From a virus (Duplodnaviria; Caudoviricetes), in the IMG/VR virus record IMGVR_UViG_3300043640_000318, positions 1-62,444 of that record: a stretch of DNA of 62,444 bases; one strand, written 5' to 3'. Positions 36,495 through 46,756 of the stretch are shown in pieces; position 1 is the first letter of the stretch; every line of letters begins with the position of its first letter. A program made the position numbers and the translations under genes. The notes under the pieces were generated by a model. That model did no database searches, had not been told where the DNA came from, and worked only from the letters and a program-made list of their open reading frames with translations.

Positions 36495-37133
36495 TCAGAT
36501 CCAGTCCCCAGGCTCGTAGTTCTTCACCGTCGTGACCCGGAAGTCCTCATCGGTCTGCTCTTCATCGGTGTAGGCCGTCGAGACGATCTTGCTGAGCAGA
36601 AGCGGTGCGCCGGTAGTCGGTTCCACGACGAATTCGCCGAGCATCTGGAGACTGCACGAACGCTCGTAAGTGACGTCGTCACTGCCCCAGGGAGTGCCGG
36701 GCGCGGCTGTTTCCCCCTGGGCCTCGATGCGGTCGAGATCGAAGTTCGCCGCGATGTATTCGTTGGTCTCGACGTAGGTACGGAATTGAGCCGTCGTCTG
36801 GTCCTGATGACCGAAGGCGATGACCCTGATCAGCTCGTCGTAGATCGTGTCCCGTTCCAGGGAGGTGAAGGCGACGATCGTGAACGTCACATTGCCCTGG
36901 AAGCGCCACCGTGTGTAGGGGCGCATCTCGTCGTCGTACTCGACGTGGGAGATACCGGCGATCTGAAGCGGGGCGGCGTCCTGATAGCCGACCCAGATGC
37001 CCGGGTAGTTCTGCTGTTTCACCGGGTACTCAATCGAGATCCACAGATCCCGCAGGTTCTCGTTGGGGTACTCCGCGTCGAATACCGTCTTCAGGGCAGT
37101 GACGATCATCGCCTTGGTACGGGTTAGGTACAT
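36495..37133 (-). CDS. tail terminator/neck protein
   Basis: Start MYLTRTK overlaps upstream TAA; SIEYP...YPGIWV; upstream of sheath. Confidence 0.7.
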   Translation of the reverse strand: MYLTRTKAMIVTALKTVFDAEYPNENLRDLWISIEYPVKQQNYPGIWVGYQDAAPLQIAGISHVEYDDEMRPYTRWRFQGNVTFTIVAFTSLERDTIYDELIRVIAFGHQDQTTAQFRTYVETNEYIAANFDLDRIEAQGETAAPGTPWGSDDVTYERSCSLQMLGEFVVEPTTGAPLLLSKIVSTAYTDEEQTDEDFRVTTVKNYEPGDWI

Positions 37134-37306
37134 TACGTCACCAGCTCCGTCGCCTTTGTGGCCTTCTTCTTGAAATGATTGACATGCTGGCAAGGGCAGT
37201 AATGAGCCGTCGCGAAGTCAGGAAGTGAATCCGCCATCTTGATGGGATCCATTTCGAGCTCCTTGCATTCCGCGCACTTACCCTGCGAGCATTCGGGGCA
37301 GATCAT
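37133..37306 (-). CDS. 57-aa Cys-rich (Zn-binding) protein
   Basis: Not in track; MICPECSQGKCAECK...YCPCQH; fills the gap exactly with TAATG coupling. Confidence 0.65.
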   Translation of the reverse strand: MICPECSQGKCAECKELEMDPIKMADSLPDFATAHYCPCQHVNHFKKKATKATELVT

Positions 37307-37318
37307 TCCATGTCCTTG

Positions 37319-38017
37319 TCAGAAGCGGGCCCGCCAGTTTCGATCGGCCACGTAGATGCGCGTGGGAAGAATGCCGTTCCATTGTGCGGCGAGCGTTATC
37401 GAGTTATTGAGGAACTTACGGGGGGCGATCCCCGGGTGCCTCCATTTAACACCAACGTTCCCCGCTGCGATCTGTCCGCCCTTCTTGCCCTCCCGGGTCT
37501 GAGGGGCACCGGCCTCACGCCTGCCGATGCGCCCGGGGGCGCCCGGGTAGGAGGCGGGCACGGTCGTCTTCTCGATCGCACCGGTGTAGCGGTTACGGCG
37601 CGTCACGACCTTGGTGGCGCCGATCTGGGCGACCTTCCGGAAGATCAGGATCTGGAGCTTGCCACTGAGGGTGACCCGCGTCTTGGCCTTGGGATTCTTG
37701 AGCCGTTCGGTGCCGGTAGGGTCGTCGATCCACATGGGGATGGTCTTGCCAGCGAGGTTGTACATGGTGAACGGCCGGATGCCGTTCTCCTGGAACCAGA
37801 CGTAGGAATCGGCGAACCCGATGCCGAAGAACCCCTTGCCGTACAGCGGGAAGATCCGGCTGGCGCTGTATCCCGTGAGCTTGGGCATCTTCTTGCGGGC
37901 CTCGGACACGGCCATGTTGGCGATGATCCTGGCCCGGCCGCCGGACAGTCCCGGCACCAGCATGATGAGCCGGTCGGGGTTCTCCGTCAGCCTGAATTCG
38001 GCGGTCTCCAGGAGCAC
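37319..38017 (-). CDS. basic neck/tail-completion protein
   Basis: WFQENGIRPFTM, WRHPGIAPRKFL; position in neck module. Confidence 0.65.
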   Translation of the reverse strand: MLLETAEFRLTENPDRLIMLVPGLSGGRARIIANMAVSEARKKMPKLTGYSASRIFPLYGKGFFGIGFADSYVWFQENGIRPFTMYNLAGKTIPMWIDDPTGTERLKNPKAKTRVTLSGKLQILIFRKVAQIGATKVVTRRNRYTGAIEKTTVPASYPGAPGRIGRREAGAPQTREGKKGGQIAAGNVGVKWRHPGIAPRKFLNNSITLAAQWNGILPTRIYVADRNWRARF

Positions 38018-38020
38018 GGG

Positions 38021-38350
38021 TCAGTCCCCCGTGCCGAAGGGCTCGTCCTCATCGATGTCGCCGGGCCACTCGTACTGCCTCACCGGCACATGGGTCCGAC
38101 CGGCCTTCTGGGCCGCCAGGATCCGCGTGTGACCGTTCTCGATGGTCGGCGGGTCGTTCTCGTAGTCCACCCGCACCGGCTTGCGCACACCACGCTTGGC
38201 GATGTCGGCGACGAAGGCCTTCACCTTGGGGTGATCCCAGTCGAAGTTGTCGTGCACCTCCTGCCAGGTGGGAAAGTCGGTCGGCTGAAAGGACAGCAAC
38301 CGCTCGATGGGCTCATGCCGCACCGATGCCTTGACCCAGAGCAGGCTCAC
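38021..38350 (-). CDS. ParB/Srx-like domain protein
   Basis: Start reassigned to GTG (MSLLWVKA, RBS GGGGGAG); DIAKRGVRKPV...IENGHTRILAAQKAG...VPV. Confidence 0.75.
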   Translation of the reverse strand: MSLLWVKASVRHEPIERLLSFQPTDFPTWQEVHDNFDWDHPKVKAFVADIAKRGVRKPVRVDYENDPPTIENGHTRILAAQKAGRTHVPVRQYEWPGDIDEDEPFGTGD

Positions 38351-39045
38351 ATCTCCCCCATCAGGAACGGCAGGAAGGCGCCCTTGGGCACCGTGGCTGT
38401 GACTGCGGCCTGGATCTCGATGGCCGCCATGGCCCATTTCTGAGTGGCGGGCAGCGTCATGCCATAAGTCTGGGAACCCGCCACGGCGGCGGTCTGGTAG
38501 GCGTAGTACATGACGCCATCCGTGCCGCTGCTGCCGTCGGCCAGCCCGTCGTTGGTGGCGCTGGAGCGATAGGCCGCCGTGGCGGGGTTGACGCTCTGAG
38601 CGTCCCCATTGAGCCACGAGACGACCGAGTTGGTGCCCACCGTGGTGATGGTGTCCAAGGGAGCCGAGGCCCCGGCGTTGAGCGCTGAGTGCGTCGCGGG
38701 GCTGGCAGCGATCTGTGCGCCGCTCCAGCGTTCGACCGTCATCGAGTGGTAGCTGGAGGCCGCCGGGGCCGACAGTGTCACCGCCATGGAGCCGGGAGAG
38801 GTCCCCACGGTCGTGGTGTGAATCCGGCCGTAGGTCGAGAAGCCACCCCCCGCGATGACGACCCGGGAGGTGTAGGTCAGGCTGCCGCCGCTCGGTGTTC
38901 CCGCTGCTGTCCCTGTGTCCCACGTCTGCGCCTTGACGACGATGACCTCGCCGTCGGCCGGAGTGAAGCTGGAGGTCACCAGCGTGGCGCTGTTACCTGC
39001 GATCGGGGACTGCAAGAAGTAGCTCGCAACGAGCGTCGGCGCCAT
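38347..39045 (-). CDS. virion structural protein (beta-rich)
   Basis: Thr/Ser/Ala-rich; translationally coupled to neighbours. Confidence 0.65.
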   Translation of the reverse strand: MAPTLVASYFLQSPIAGNSATLVTSSFTPADGEVIVVKAQTWDTGTAAGTPSGGSLTYTSRVVIAGGGFSTYGRIHTTTVGTSPGSMAVTLSAPAASSYHSMTVERWSGAQIAASPATHSALNAGASAPLDTITTVGTNSVVSWLNGDAQSVNPATAAYRSSATNDGLADGSSGTDGVMYYAYQTAAVAGSQTYGMTLPATQKWAMAAIEIQAAVTATVPKGAFLPFLMGEM

Positions 39046-39392
39046 TAGTAACCCTTAACAAAAGCGACTACATACCACTTTCCAGCCGTACTGTTGTAAA
39101 CGGCACCGAGGAAGTCTCGCTTGTTGATCGTGGTGGTGAGCGTGACGGCGGTGATGTCGGTGCCCAGCGCGAAGTTGGTATCCAGGGTGATGGTCCGGGT
39201 GCCCGTGCCGTCCTGGATGAGCTCCCAGATGGCCCGCTGGCCGTCGGTGGGATTGGTCGGGTTGCCCAGAGTCCTGTTGCCCCCCAGCGTCACCCGGAAG
39301 TGATTTCCGGCAGCTGCGTTGGTGGCGATCGTGGCTGCGTCGGTCAGGGTCACCGGCGGGCAGACGGCCGGGCCCAGGAGCTTCTTGGTCAT
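39045..39392 (-). CDS. virion structural protein (fibre-tip-like)
   Basis: LTDAATIAT...FRVTLGGNRTL...LIQDGTGTRTIT. Confidence 0.65.
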   Translation of the reverse strand: MTKKLLGPAVCPPVTLTDAATIATNAAAGNHFRVTLGGNRTLGNPTNPTDGQRAIWELIQDGTGTRTITLDTNFALGTDITAVTLTTTINKRDFLGAVYNSTAGKWYVVAFVKGY

Positions 39393-40252
39393 CCGATGAT
39401 CGTGACCTTCAGAGAGTTGCTGGACTGGGTGGCGCCGAAGGTGAGGGTAAGGGTGTTGTTGTCGGTGGCCACTGCGTCGGCCACCACTTCGGCGTTGGTG
39501 GAGGCGTCCCGGAGCATGTAGGTGATGTCGGAGGTGCCGAGGTTGTGGCTGATGGCCCAGGTGGTCGAGCCGGAGCCGGGACCGGTGCCGGTGACCTTGG
39601 TGAGCCCGCCGCCGATCGGCAGCTTCGAGAACGCCAGCGAGGTCGAGCCGATGGTGATGGCGCCGTCGGTGGTCAGGATCCAGACCGTGTCGGCATTGGC
39701 CGTACCCGCCTCGACGGCGACCGTCATGCCGCCGGTGACCTCACCGGCGGAGTCGGCGTCGATCGCCCGGGTGGGAGCACCTGAGGCGTTGACCGTGTAG
39801 ATGCCGTTCTCAGCGCCCGAGGTCTGATTCTTCAGCAGGATGCGATCGTTGGTGGCCAGCGTGACGCCGTCCACCGTCTGGCTGTTGGCGAAGGCCGTGG
39901 CCAGGGTGCCGGTCGCCGTGGTGGCGACCCGGACCGAGTCCTTCCAGTCCAGGCCGGACTTCAAGGCGGTGAGCTGACCCACCGTGGCGCCGTCGGTGGC
40001 GGCCGTGCCGTCGGCCATGCTGACGATCTTCTGGGAGCCCAGGGAGACCGAGGCGGTGGGGGCGCTGATCTGGTCGAGGCGTCCCAGCAGCACCGTCACG
40101 CCGTTCAGCCGGACCTTCAGCGTGTTGCTGACACTGTTGACCCAGATCTGGCCGTTGACCGGTGATGCGGGATCGGTTCCCAGAATCTGGACGACCGCGT
40201 TCTGGATCTCCTGTTGGTTCAGGTTGATCGGGGTGAGAAAGCTCTTGGACAC
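39389..40252 (-). CDS. fibre/head-decoration-like protein
   Basis: LDWKDSVRVATT...VDGVTL...DRILLKNQT..AENGIY. Confidence 0.72.
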   Translation of the reverse strand: MSKSFLTPINLNQQEIQNAVVQILGTDPASPVNGQIWVNSVSNTLKVRLNGVTVLLGRLDQISAPTASVSLGSQKIVSMADGTAATDGATVGQLTALKSGLDWKDSVRVATTATGTLATAFANSQTVDGVTLATNDRILLKNQTSGAENGIYTVNASGAPTRAIDADSAGEVTGGMTVAVEAGTANADTVWILTTDGAITIGSTSLAFSKLPIGGGLTKVTGTGPGSGSTTWAISHNLGTSDITYMLRDASTNAEVVADAVATDNNTLTLTFGATQSSNSLKVTIIG

Positions 40253-40261
40253 CGAACACTC

Positions 40262-41206
40262 CTAGCTGAGGTAAGCCTTACCTGAGAACGGCACGGCGAA
40301 GGTGATCTGTACCTGGTTGGGGGCCGGGTAGGAGATCTCGCCCTCCACCTCGGTCCCGGCGGAGTCCACGACCATGACCCCTGCCGGGTAGTAGCCGAGA
40401 TCATGGGTGATGAGCCACACGCTGGATGCGCTGGACTGGGTGAATGTGAAGGATCCGCCGCTGGTTCCTGGCGGTCCTTGCGGGCCGGGCACGTCATCTC
40501 CTCCTGCGGGGGCAACAGCCCCTTCGATCGAGGCGATGTCCGTTTCACCCGGGATGAGCGGAGCGCGGATGTCCTCGAATGCGGACAGATTCCGGGGGTA
40601 ACGCCCGACAGCGGTCAGCACGGATGTGAGCCGCACCGAGTCGGGCGGGATGATGTACGAGACATCAGCCGGGTCCTGGATCACCGCTCGGGCATGGTTG
40701 TAGCCGATCGCCGTGCTGGTCTGCCAGGGAGTCGCGAAGCCGGTCCGCAGCGTCACCCGCTGAGGGGCGCGCAGGGCAAAGCGGTCGCCGGTGATCCGGA
40801 AGAGGTAGTCGCCGGTGCGCACCCGGAAGTCGATCGTGGACTCGATGTCCGCGTCGTCCTCGTTGATCACACCGCGTGAGTGCTGGCGCATGTTCTTGTC
40901 GGTGTCACCGAAGATCACCGGACGGATGATGAGGGCCTTGTAGCCGCCCTCGAAAGTCGTCCCGAAGCACTCGGGGCATTTCTCCTGATCGCCCTGACCG
41001 TAAACGTCAGAGATGCCGCCCAGCTGGACATAGCAGCGGTTGCAACGGTCCACCAGACCGTTGGTGAAGTCGTCGAGCGTCCACATCAGGCAGAACATGG
41101 CGAGCTCTCCGAGCTGCCACAGCGCCTCTGTGTGGCGCATGCGTTCCTGCTCGACAGCCCAGTTCTGGGTGTCGCGAAGCCAGTACGGCGCCACGGTGTG
41201 CGTCAC
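40262..41206 (-). CDS. head-to-tail connector (neck) protein
   Basis: RCNRC...CPECFGTTFEGGY Zn motif; short collagen-like tract; C-terminal WLITHDLGYYP. Confidence 0.65.
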   Translation of the reverse strand: MTHTVAPYWLRDTQNWAVEQERMRHTEALWQLGELAMFCLMWTLDDFTNGLVDRCNRCYVQLGGISDVYGQGDQEKCPECFGTTFEGGYKALIIRPVIFGDTDKNMRQHSRGVINEDDADIESTIDFRVRTGDYLFRITGDRFALRAPQRVTLRTGFATPWQTSTAIGYNHARAVIQDPADVSYIIPPDSVRLTSVLTAVGRYPRNLSAFEDIRAPLIPGETDIASIEGAVAPAGGDDVPGPQGPPGTSGGSFTFTQSSASSVWLITHDLGYYPAGVMVVDSAGTEVEGEISYPAPNQVQITFAVPFSGKAYLS

Positions 41207-41265
41207 GACTCACCCCCTCACCTCTTCGTGGCTGAGGAGAGGGGGTGGGCAGCGCGAGGAAGGTC

Positions 41266-41454
41266 CTACAGACCGCTCGGTGTGTCCCGGTAGATCTTCA
41301 ATTCCATCAGGCATCCCACGCACATGGCGGTGCCTTCGAAGATCGTGTCGGCGCGCTGGAACGCCTTGGTCTGGGGGACCTCATTGTTAAGGACGTCCTT
41401 GCCGTTGACGACTCGGAACGTCTTCATGAAACAGGGGGCACACGTGAGATTCAT
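41266..41454 (-). CDS. small Cys-containing protein
   Basis: CAPC...CVGC; weak RBS. Confidence 0.45.
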   Translation of the reverse strand: MNLTCAPCFMKTFRVVNGKDVLNNEVPQTKAFQRADTIFEGTAMCVGCLMELKIYRDTPSGL

Positions 41455-41474
41455 GCGCCGATATTAACTCAAGA

Positions 41475-42365
41475 TCAGTAGAATCGGGCATAGTAGCGCG
41501 GACGGGCTGCTGCGGAACCAGCCACCCGCGTAGGGGCGTACCGTCCGAAGACACCTCCGCCGACCAGGACCCTCGGCCGCCCGAGCTGCATTTGGGAGAT
41601 CTTCCAGATCTCCAGTTGCGAGGTCAGGGTGGCAGCCTCCATGTCCAGGACCATCTTCCAGCGGTCCATGTAGTCGCGCCGGTCCAGCCGGGTAATGCTG
41701 CTCGCGCCCGCCACCAGAGGCTGCTCGACGTAGGAGCGGATCAGGTGCTTGATGCACTCCACGTATGTCGCTGTGGACAGCAGAGGGCCCCATTGGGCCA
41801 CGGGGAAGGTCGTGCCGTTCTGCCCCCCCAGCGTGAAGCTGGAGTACGGCTGGGACATGGTGTTGAGCAGCCCCATGGCCACGCCCATGAGCTGAGCGAC
41901 CCGGCCCCGGCTCCAGTGCGTCTGGTAGTAGGTCTGGAGGTTCGGCCCGCCCGCCGGAGAGTCGAACAGATCGGCGAAGCGGAAGTAGACCGTCTCCAGC
42001 AGCTGCTTGAACTCGTCGGAGAGGATGTCGTAGTCGGGGTTGGCCTGGCCGATCACGATGTAGACCACGTAGGTCTGGGCCACGCTGCCGATCGAGTAGG
42101 ACCACTCCAGCGCGTAGTCGCCGGGAACCTGGGTGTCGGCCGGAGGGATCGTCACCTCGTACATGCCCACGCCCGGGTGGGTCGCCGAGTAGGTGCCGAC
42201 GTCCTCGGTGGTGCCGTCAGCCAGCTGCCGGACCAGGGTCGTGTCAACGGCGCCGTCCGCATCACCCGGCACACCCTCGACATGAATCGTCAGCCCCAGC
42301 ACTCCCGGGGAGTACTGAGACAGGTAGTGGCGCTCTCGCCAGTCGACCAGGTCCGGATCGGTCAT
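41475..42365 (-). CDS. head-to-tail adaptor
   Basis: RFADLFDSPAGGPNL, HLIRSYVEQP, RLDRRDYMDRW; position in neck module. Confidence 0.7.
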   Translation of the reverse strand: MTDPDLVDWRERHYLSQYSPGVLGLTIHVEGVPGDADGAVDTTLVRQLADGTTEDVGTYSATHPGVGMYEVTIPPADTQVPGDYALEWSYSIGSVAQTYVVYIVIGQANPDYDILSDEFKQLLETVYFRFADLFDSPAGGPNLQTYYQTHWSRGRVAQLMGVAMGLLNTMSQPYSSFTLGGQNGTTFPVAQWGPLLSTATYVECIKHLIRSYVEQPLVAGASSITRLDRRDYMDRWKMVLDMEAATLTSQLEIWKISQMQLGRPRVLVGGGVFGRYAPTRVAGSAAARPRYYARFY

Positions 42366-43021
42366 CAGAGGCTCTGCGAACCGTTGTAGAGACCCATGAT
42401 GACGAACAGCTTGACGCCGTTCAGCACGACGCTGGTGTTGTAGGTGCCCGTAATGATCTTGGCTCGGATCGTGTGAGCGCCCTTGCTCACGGTCGCCACC
42501 CCCGCGATGGCGGAGGTCGTGATCTGAGCGTCGGAGGTGGTGTCGCTGGTGTTACCGGTGAACCGCGTGTTGTCGGTATAGGCGCCCATCAGCTGGTCGG
42601 CGCCGTCGTAGTTGACCCGCAGGCCCACGCTCTGTGTGTGCTGGGAGTCGCACGACATGGTCGCGTTCATGATCACCATGATCGAGCACGGCCGCCCCGT
42701 GGTGAAGGTCAGCACCGAGTACAGCGGCGCCGAGTTCTTCGAGATCGTGGCGTTGAAGACCGCGCCCCCGGCGAAGAACGGGGTCGAGGCACGCTCCTCC
42801 TGGAAGGCCGAGCCGTCCCAGTACTGCGCCCGCTTCTCGTCGGTCAGGAAGATCCGGCGACCGGCCTGGCCCGAGCCCCAGGTGGGCTTGGTGTCAGAGG
42901 TGCAGATGTAGTTACCCGGCGACCCATCCAGAATTCCCCAGTTAGAGGTGAAATCAGATCGCAGGAAGGGGTCTGATCCATCGTTCAGCTTTAGCTGAAG
43001 TTTGGTGGATAGAGTCGACAT
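42365..43021 (-). CDS. virion structural protein
   Basis: LQLKLNDGSDPF...NWGILD fibre-type N-terminus. Confidence 0.65.
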   Translation of the reverse strand: MSTLSTKLQLKLNDGSDPFLRSDFTSNWGILDGSPGNYICTSDTKPTWGSGQAGRRIFLTDEKRAQYWDGSAFQEERASTPFFAGGAVFNATISKNSAPLYSVLTFTTGRPCSIMVIMNATMSCDSQHTQSVGLRVNYDGADQLMGAYTDNTRFTGNTSDTTSDAQITTSAIAGVATVSKGAHTIRAKIITGTYNTSVVLNGVKLFVIMGLYNGSQSL

Positions 43022-43068
43022 TCATTCCCTGCTTCCGGATCAAGCGGCCTTATTCGTATTGGCTGAGA

Positions 43069-44448
43069 TTAAGTGATGTTCCCCATCGGAACACATACAT
43101 GTACGTTGATGTCCGAACTGGTGGCAGTGGGCAGCGGAGAGACGAGGACGTTGCCATTGCTGGACACCTCGAAGGACACTGCCGAATAAACGCCCACGAC
43201 GTTCTTCACAGCGGGGCACCGCTGATAGACGAGCGGCCTGAAGCCCACCGGAAGCACGAAGGCGACCGAGGCGGGCGATGACGTCGTGGTGCGCATGGTG
43301 CCGACGATGATGAGGTTGTCCTGGCCGTCCAGCCGGTACTGCAACCCCTGCACGGTGCCGGAGGTCGCGCCTGAGGCCCAGTTGGTGCCATAGCTGGGCG
43401 TGTGCCAGACGGCGGCCGACTTCACCACGGCGCCGGTGACGTTGATGTTGCCCGTGACCAGAACGGCGCCGGTGACCTCCAGCGGCACCGTGGGGATCGA
43501 GTTGCCGATCCCCAGCCGGTTGTTCACCTCGTCATAGCCCGAGGTGCCGAAGAGGATCTTTCCCTTGGTGGCGTGCGAGGTGCTCTTCAGCGTCAGGCTG
43601 CCAGCCGAGGAGGCCGACCCCTGCACCACCGGCACCTGCACGACAGTCGTGGCCGAGATCTGCCCGACGACGTCCACCGGCACCGCCGGGGTGACGGTAC
43701 CGACGCCGAGCCGATTGTTGGCCTCGTCGTAGGCACTGGTGCCGATCAGCAGCTTGCCCCGCGTGGCGTGCGAGGTGCTGCGCAGGGTGAGGTTCCCAGC
43801 CGAAGTGGTGCCGCCCTGAACGATCGGGGTCTGTGCGAGCACCCCTGCGATCAGGGCTCCGTCGGTCGTGAGCTCGTTGGAGTTGGTGCGGTAGAGGTTG
43901 GTGTCCCCGGCGATCGAGCCGGTGCCCCAGAGAATCTTGCCCGAGGAGTTGACCCCCAGCCGGGGCTGAGCGTCCCCGCTGACCTTCAGTGCCAGGCCTG
44001 AAGCCGTGCTGGAGGCCCCCACGCCAGTGATCGAGCCGGTGGAGACCGTCAGGCTGCCGGACAGCGTCCCGCCCACCAGGGGGAGGGCGCCGACGTCAGT
44101 GGCCACCAGCACCACATCACCGGTCTGGGTGTTGACCGAGTCCACTGCCCCGCCCCCGCCGGACGCCGGAAGCTGGGCAGTGGGGACCTTGCCGGTGCCG
44201 TCGAGAGAGGCGACCCCGTTGACGGCGGCTCTGGCGGTCAGAGCGAGAGCGCCCACATCCCCCGCGTCGAGGCTGACCACCCCGACCTCGCCGTTGACGG
44301 AGGTCACGCCACCTGAAGACAGCGCGCCGACCTCGTCCTCGACGCTGACCAGCCTGGACTGGTGGTCGGTCAGGACATCGCTGATGTCGTCGTGATCATC
44401 AACGTGCCCTACGTCACCGGGTTCCCGGTGTGGCGGGATGGTAGCCAC
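43069..44448 (-). CDS. fibre protein with receptor-binding-like C-terminus
   Basis: His-rich N-motif, SVNG/ASLD repeats, duplicated LTL.STSHAT.GK...YDE.NNRLG, FVLPVGFRP. Confidence 0.72.
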   Translation of the reverse strand: MATIPPHREPGDVGHVDDHDDISDVLTDHQSRLVSVEDEVGALSSGGVTSVNGEVGVVSLDAGDVGALALTARAAVNGVASLDGTGKVPTAQLPASGGGGAVDSVNTQTGDVVLVATDVGALPLVGGTLSGSLTVSTGSITGVGASSTASGLALKVSGDAQPRLGVNSSGKILWGTGSIAGDTNLYRTNSNELTTDGALIAGVLAQTPIVQGGTTSAGNLTLRSTSHATRGKLLIGTSAYDEANNRLGVGTVTPAVPVDVVGQISATTVVQVPVVQGSASSAGSLTLKSTSHATKGKILFGTSGYDEVNNRLGIGNSIPTVPLEVTGAVLVTGNINVTGAVVKSAAVWHTPSYGTNWASGATSGTVQGLQYRLDGQDNLIIVGTMRTTTSSPASVAFVLPVGFRPLVYQRCPAVKNVVGVYSAVSFEVSSNGNVLVSPLPTATSSDINVHVCVPMGNIT

Positions 44449-44477
44449 CTACGTGCTCCTCAGCTCGGCCGGACGGA

Positions 44478-46103
44478 TCAGGACGGGCCGAGGCCCGTGC
44501 CAGCCTTGGTGGTGCCATCGGGGTTGTAGATGTAGTTCACGGTGTTCGCCGGGTCGAGCACTCCGGTCGGCACCGCGTCGGTGTTGAGCGGCCGGACGAC
44601 GTCCGACCAGTCCGACCAGGCGCCCTGCCCGCGAGAGTTCCAGGCGGCCACCCTGAACTGATAGGGCGTCGCCGGAACGACCTGGGTGAAGTCCTTCTTG
44701 GTGGCGTTGGCACCGGCGTACTCGGTGCCGAGACCGGGGCTGCACTGAATCACGTAGCCGACGATGTCGATCTGGGTGGTCGGCGGGATCCACTTCACCG
44801 TGACGCCCTTGTTGATGGCGACCACCGGGCCCGGCGTGAAGTACGCCGGGGTGCCGTAGTTGTAGGTCACCGTGACGCTGTCGCTGTCGGCGCACGCCGT
44901 CGAGGAGTTGTTCCTCAGGATCGTGTAGGTCTTGGTCGCGCCCGAGCCCACCGTGGTGACGGCGTAGTCCGTGGTCAGGACCAGAGTGGTAGCGCCCTTC
45001 TTCACGATCAGCGAGGCGGCGGCCGTGGTGATGCCGGTCTTGGTCAGCGACAGCGGAGTGGTGTGGTCGATCGTGACGGTGTCGGTGATCGTCGAGATGT
45101 GCCCCAGGGTCGGGGCGTCCGGCACGGCCGTCGGCAAGTTCGACCCGTAGTAGGTCGCGTCGCCGTAGCTGTAGTTCACCACGCAGCTGTCGCCGTTGGC
45201 GGCCGTCGAGGAGGTGGACTTGCGTTTCACCGTCAGCGTGGTGTTCGCGCCCTCGCTGGCATAGGTCAGCAGGTAGTCGGTGTTGACTACCAGCAGAGCC
45301 GGGGTGAAGTGCGCGGTGTTGCCGTAGGAATAGCCGACCGTGACGGCATCGCCGTTGGAGGTGGCCGCCGTGGCCAGCCGGACGATCGTGAAGTTCGCCG
45401 TGGCGCCCGAACCCGTGGGGGTGGCGGTGTAGTCCACCCCGTAGGTCAGCGTGGTGGCGCCCTTCTTGACCACCAGGCTCGCGGCGGCCGTGGTGACCCC
45501 CGCGTGGGTGAGCGAGAACGGGGTGGTCGCGTCAATGGTGTGCGACCCCTCGGCCGTCACAGCGAAGATCTGACCGTTGTCGGTGATCGTGACCGTGGCC
45601 GTCGGGATCACACCGGCCTTGGTCAGGGTGACGCCGGTGGTCTGGTCGATCGTGATGGTCTGGGTCGTCGGCCGGGCCAGTGTGCCGCCACCGATGGCGC
45701 CGGTCTCGATCGTGCCGGAGTACGACGACTGGGTCTCGGTCGGGGCCGGGCCGTAACCGAGAGCGTCGGTCAGGTCGGTGTTGCGGTTGCTGCCAGCCGC
45801 AGGAGCGCCGGGCGCCCGGTAGACCGGGTCGGCCTGCCGCAGGACCGCTCCGTCGGAGGAGTGGGTGTCGATCGTCGCCGAGACCGAAGTGCTGACGGGA
45901 GTGAAGGAGACGTTCGCGCTGTTGGTGCCGCTGGTGTCCGGCTGGGTCGCGGGCGAGGGTGCCGGGACGGTGACGCCGCCAGCACCAGGCCCCGCGTTCT
46001 CGGTGTCGGTGTTGGCCGACTTGTACGCGGTCCCGGTAGGCGCATTGCCCGTGTTGCCCACGACGTTGGTCGTGTCAACCTGAGTGGCTGGTGTATCCGA
46101 CAT
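44478..46103 (-). CDS. structural protein with Ig-like repeats and FN3 domain
   Basis: Repeated VKKGATTL...DY; VKWIPP...YQFRVAAWNSRGQGAWS. Confidence 0.72.
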   Translation of the reverse strand: MSDTPATQVDTTNVVGNTGNAPTGTAYKSANTDTENAGPGAGGVTVPAPSPATQPDTSGTNSANVSFTPVSTSVSATIDTHSSDGAVLRQADPVYRAPGAPAAGSNRNTDLTDALGYGPAPTETQSSYSGTIETGAIGGGTLARPTTQTITIDQTTGVTLTKAGVIPTATVTITDNGQIFAVTAEGSHTIDATTPFSLTHAGVTTAAASLVVKKGATTLTYGVDYTATPTGSGATANFTIVRLATAATSNGDAVTVGYSYGNTAHFTPALLVVNTDYLLTYASEGANTTLTVKRKSTSSTAANGDSCVVNYSYGDATYYGSNLPTAVPDAPTLGHISTITDTVTIDHTTPLSLTKTGITTAAASLIVKKGATTLVLTTDYAVTTVGSGATKTYTILRNNSSTACADSDSVTVTYNYGTPAYFTPGPVVAINKGVTVKWIPPTTQIDIVGYVIQCSPGLGTEYAGANATKKDFTQVVPATPYQFRVAAWNSRGQGAWSDWSDVVRPLNTDAVPTGVLDPANTVNYIYNPDGTTKAGTGLGPS

Positions 46104-46136
46104 TATGCTTTCTCCGCCTTGGGTGTCTAAGAGGGC

Positions 46137-46715
46137 TTATGCGCCGTACGCGGTGATGAGTTCTGCGCGAGTCATGCTCTGAGCTCTCTCATCGGTGAGC
46201 TCCGGATCGACCTGCTTGGCGTAGGAGATCCATTCGTCCCTCGACGATCCAGGACCGGCCTTGTTCGGCTGCTTGGGACGCTCGGGCTCCGCAGGACTCT
46301 CAACCGGAGCCACCGGGGTACTCGCGTCCTCGACCTTCGGCTCGGAACTTTCCTGCACGGGGGTTCCAGAGCCCTCCTCAGAAGCCGGAGCCTCTGAGGA
46401 GGGCTCTGTCGGTACTGGAACCGCCTCTTCGTCTCCGACGAGCTCACGGGTCCGCTCAGCCTCGCCTGCGACCCTCTTGCGGTCGGCCTCGGGGTCGCCG
46501 TGCACCACAGTGATGCCCTGACTCACCTGAACCTGCTCGGAGCCGACCTCATGGTCGGCGGGATCCATGGCGCGCAGGGCCACCTGAAGGTCCCGGGCCC
46601 TGGCGATGCCGAAGACAGCGGCGATGTTCTCCAGCTGGGAATGTCCACCGGCCGACGTTCCTGACGTATCCAGCTGACCTGACATGTCAGTGGATACTGG
46701 TGTGTGCTCAGTCAT
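46137..46715 (-). CDS. acidic hypothetical protein
   Basis: Start MTEHTP after GGGAGA; C-terminal SRDEWISYA...MTRAELI. Confidence 0.7.
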   Translation of the reverse strand: MTEHTPVSTDMSGQLDTSGTSAGGHSQLENIAAVFGIARARDLQVALRAMDPADHEVGSEQVQVSQGITVVHGDPEADRKRVAGEAERTRELVGDEEAVPVPTEPSSEAPASEEGSGTPVQESSEPKVEDASTPVAPVESPAEPERPKQPNKAGPGSSRDEWISYAKQVDPELTDERAQSMTRAELITAYGA

Positions 46716-46756
46716 CGACCGTCTCCCATTCGGACTTCCCATCTGACCTTTTGTCG

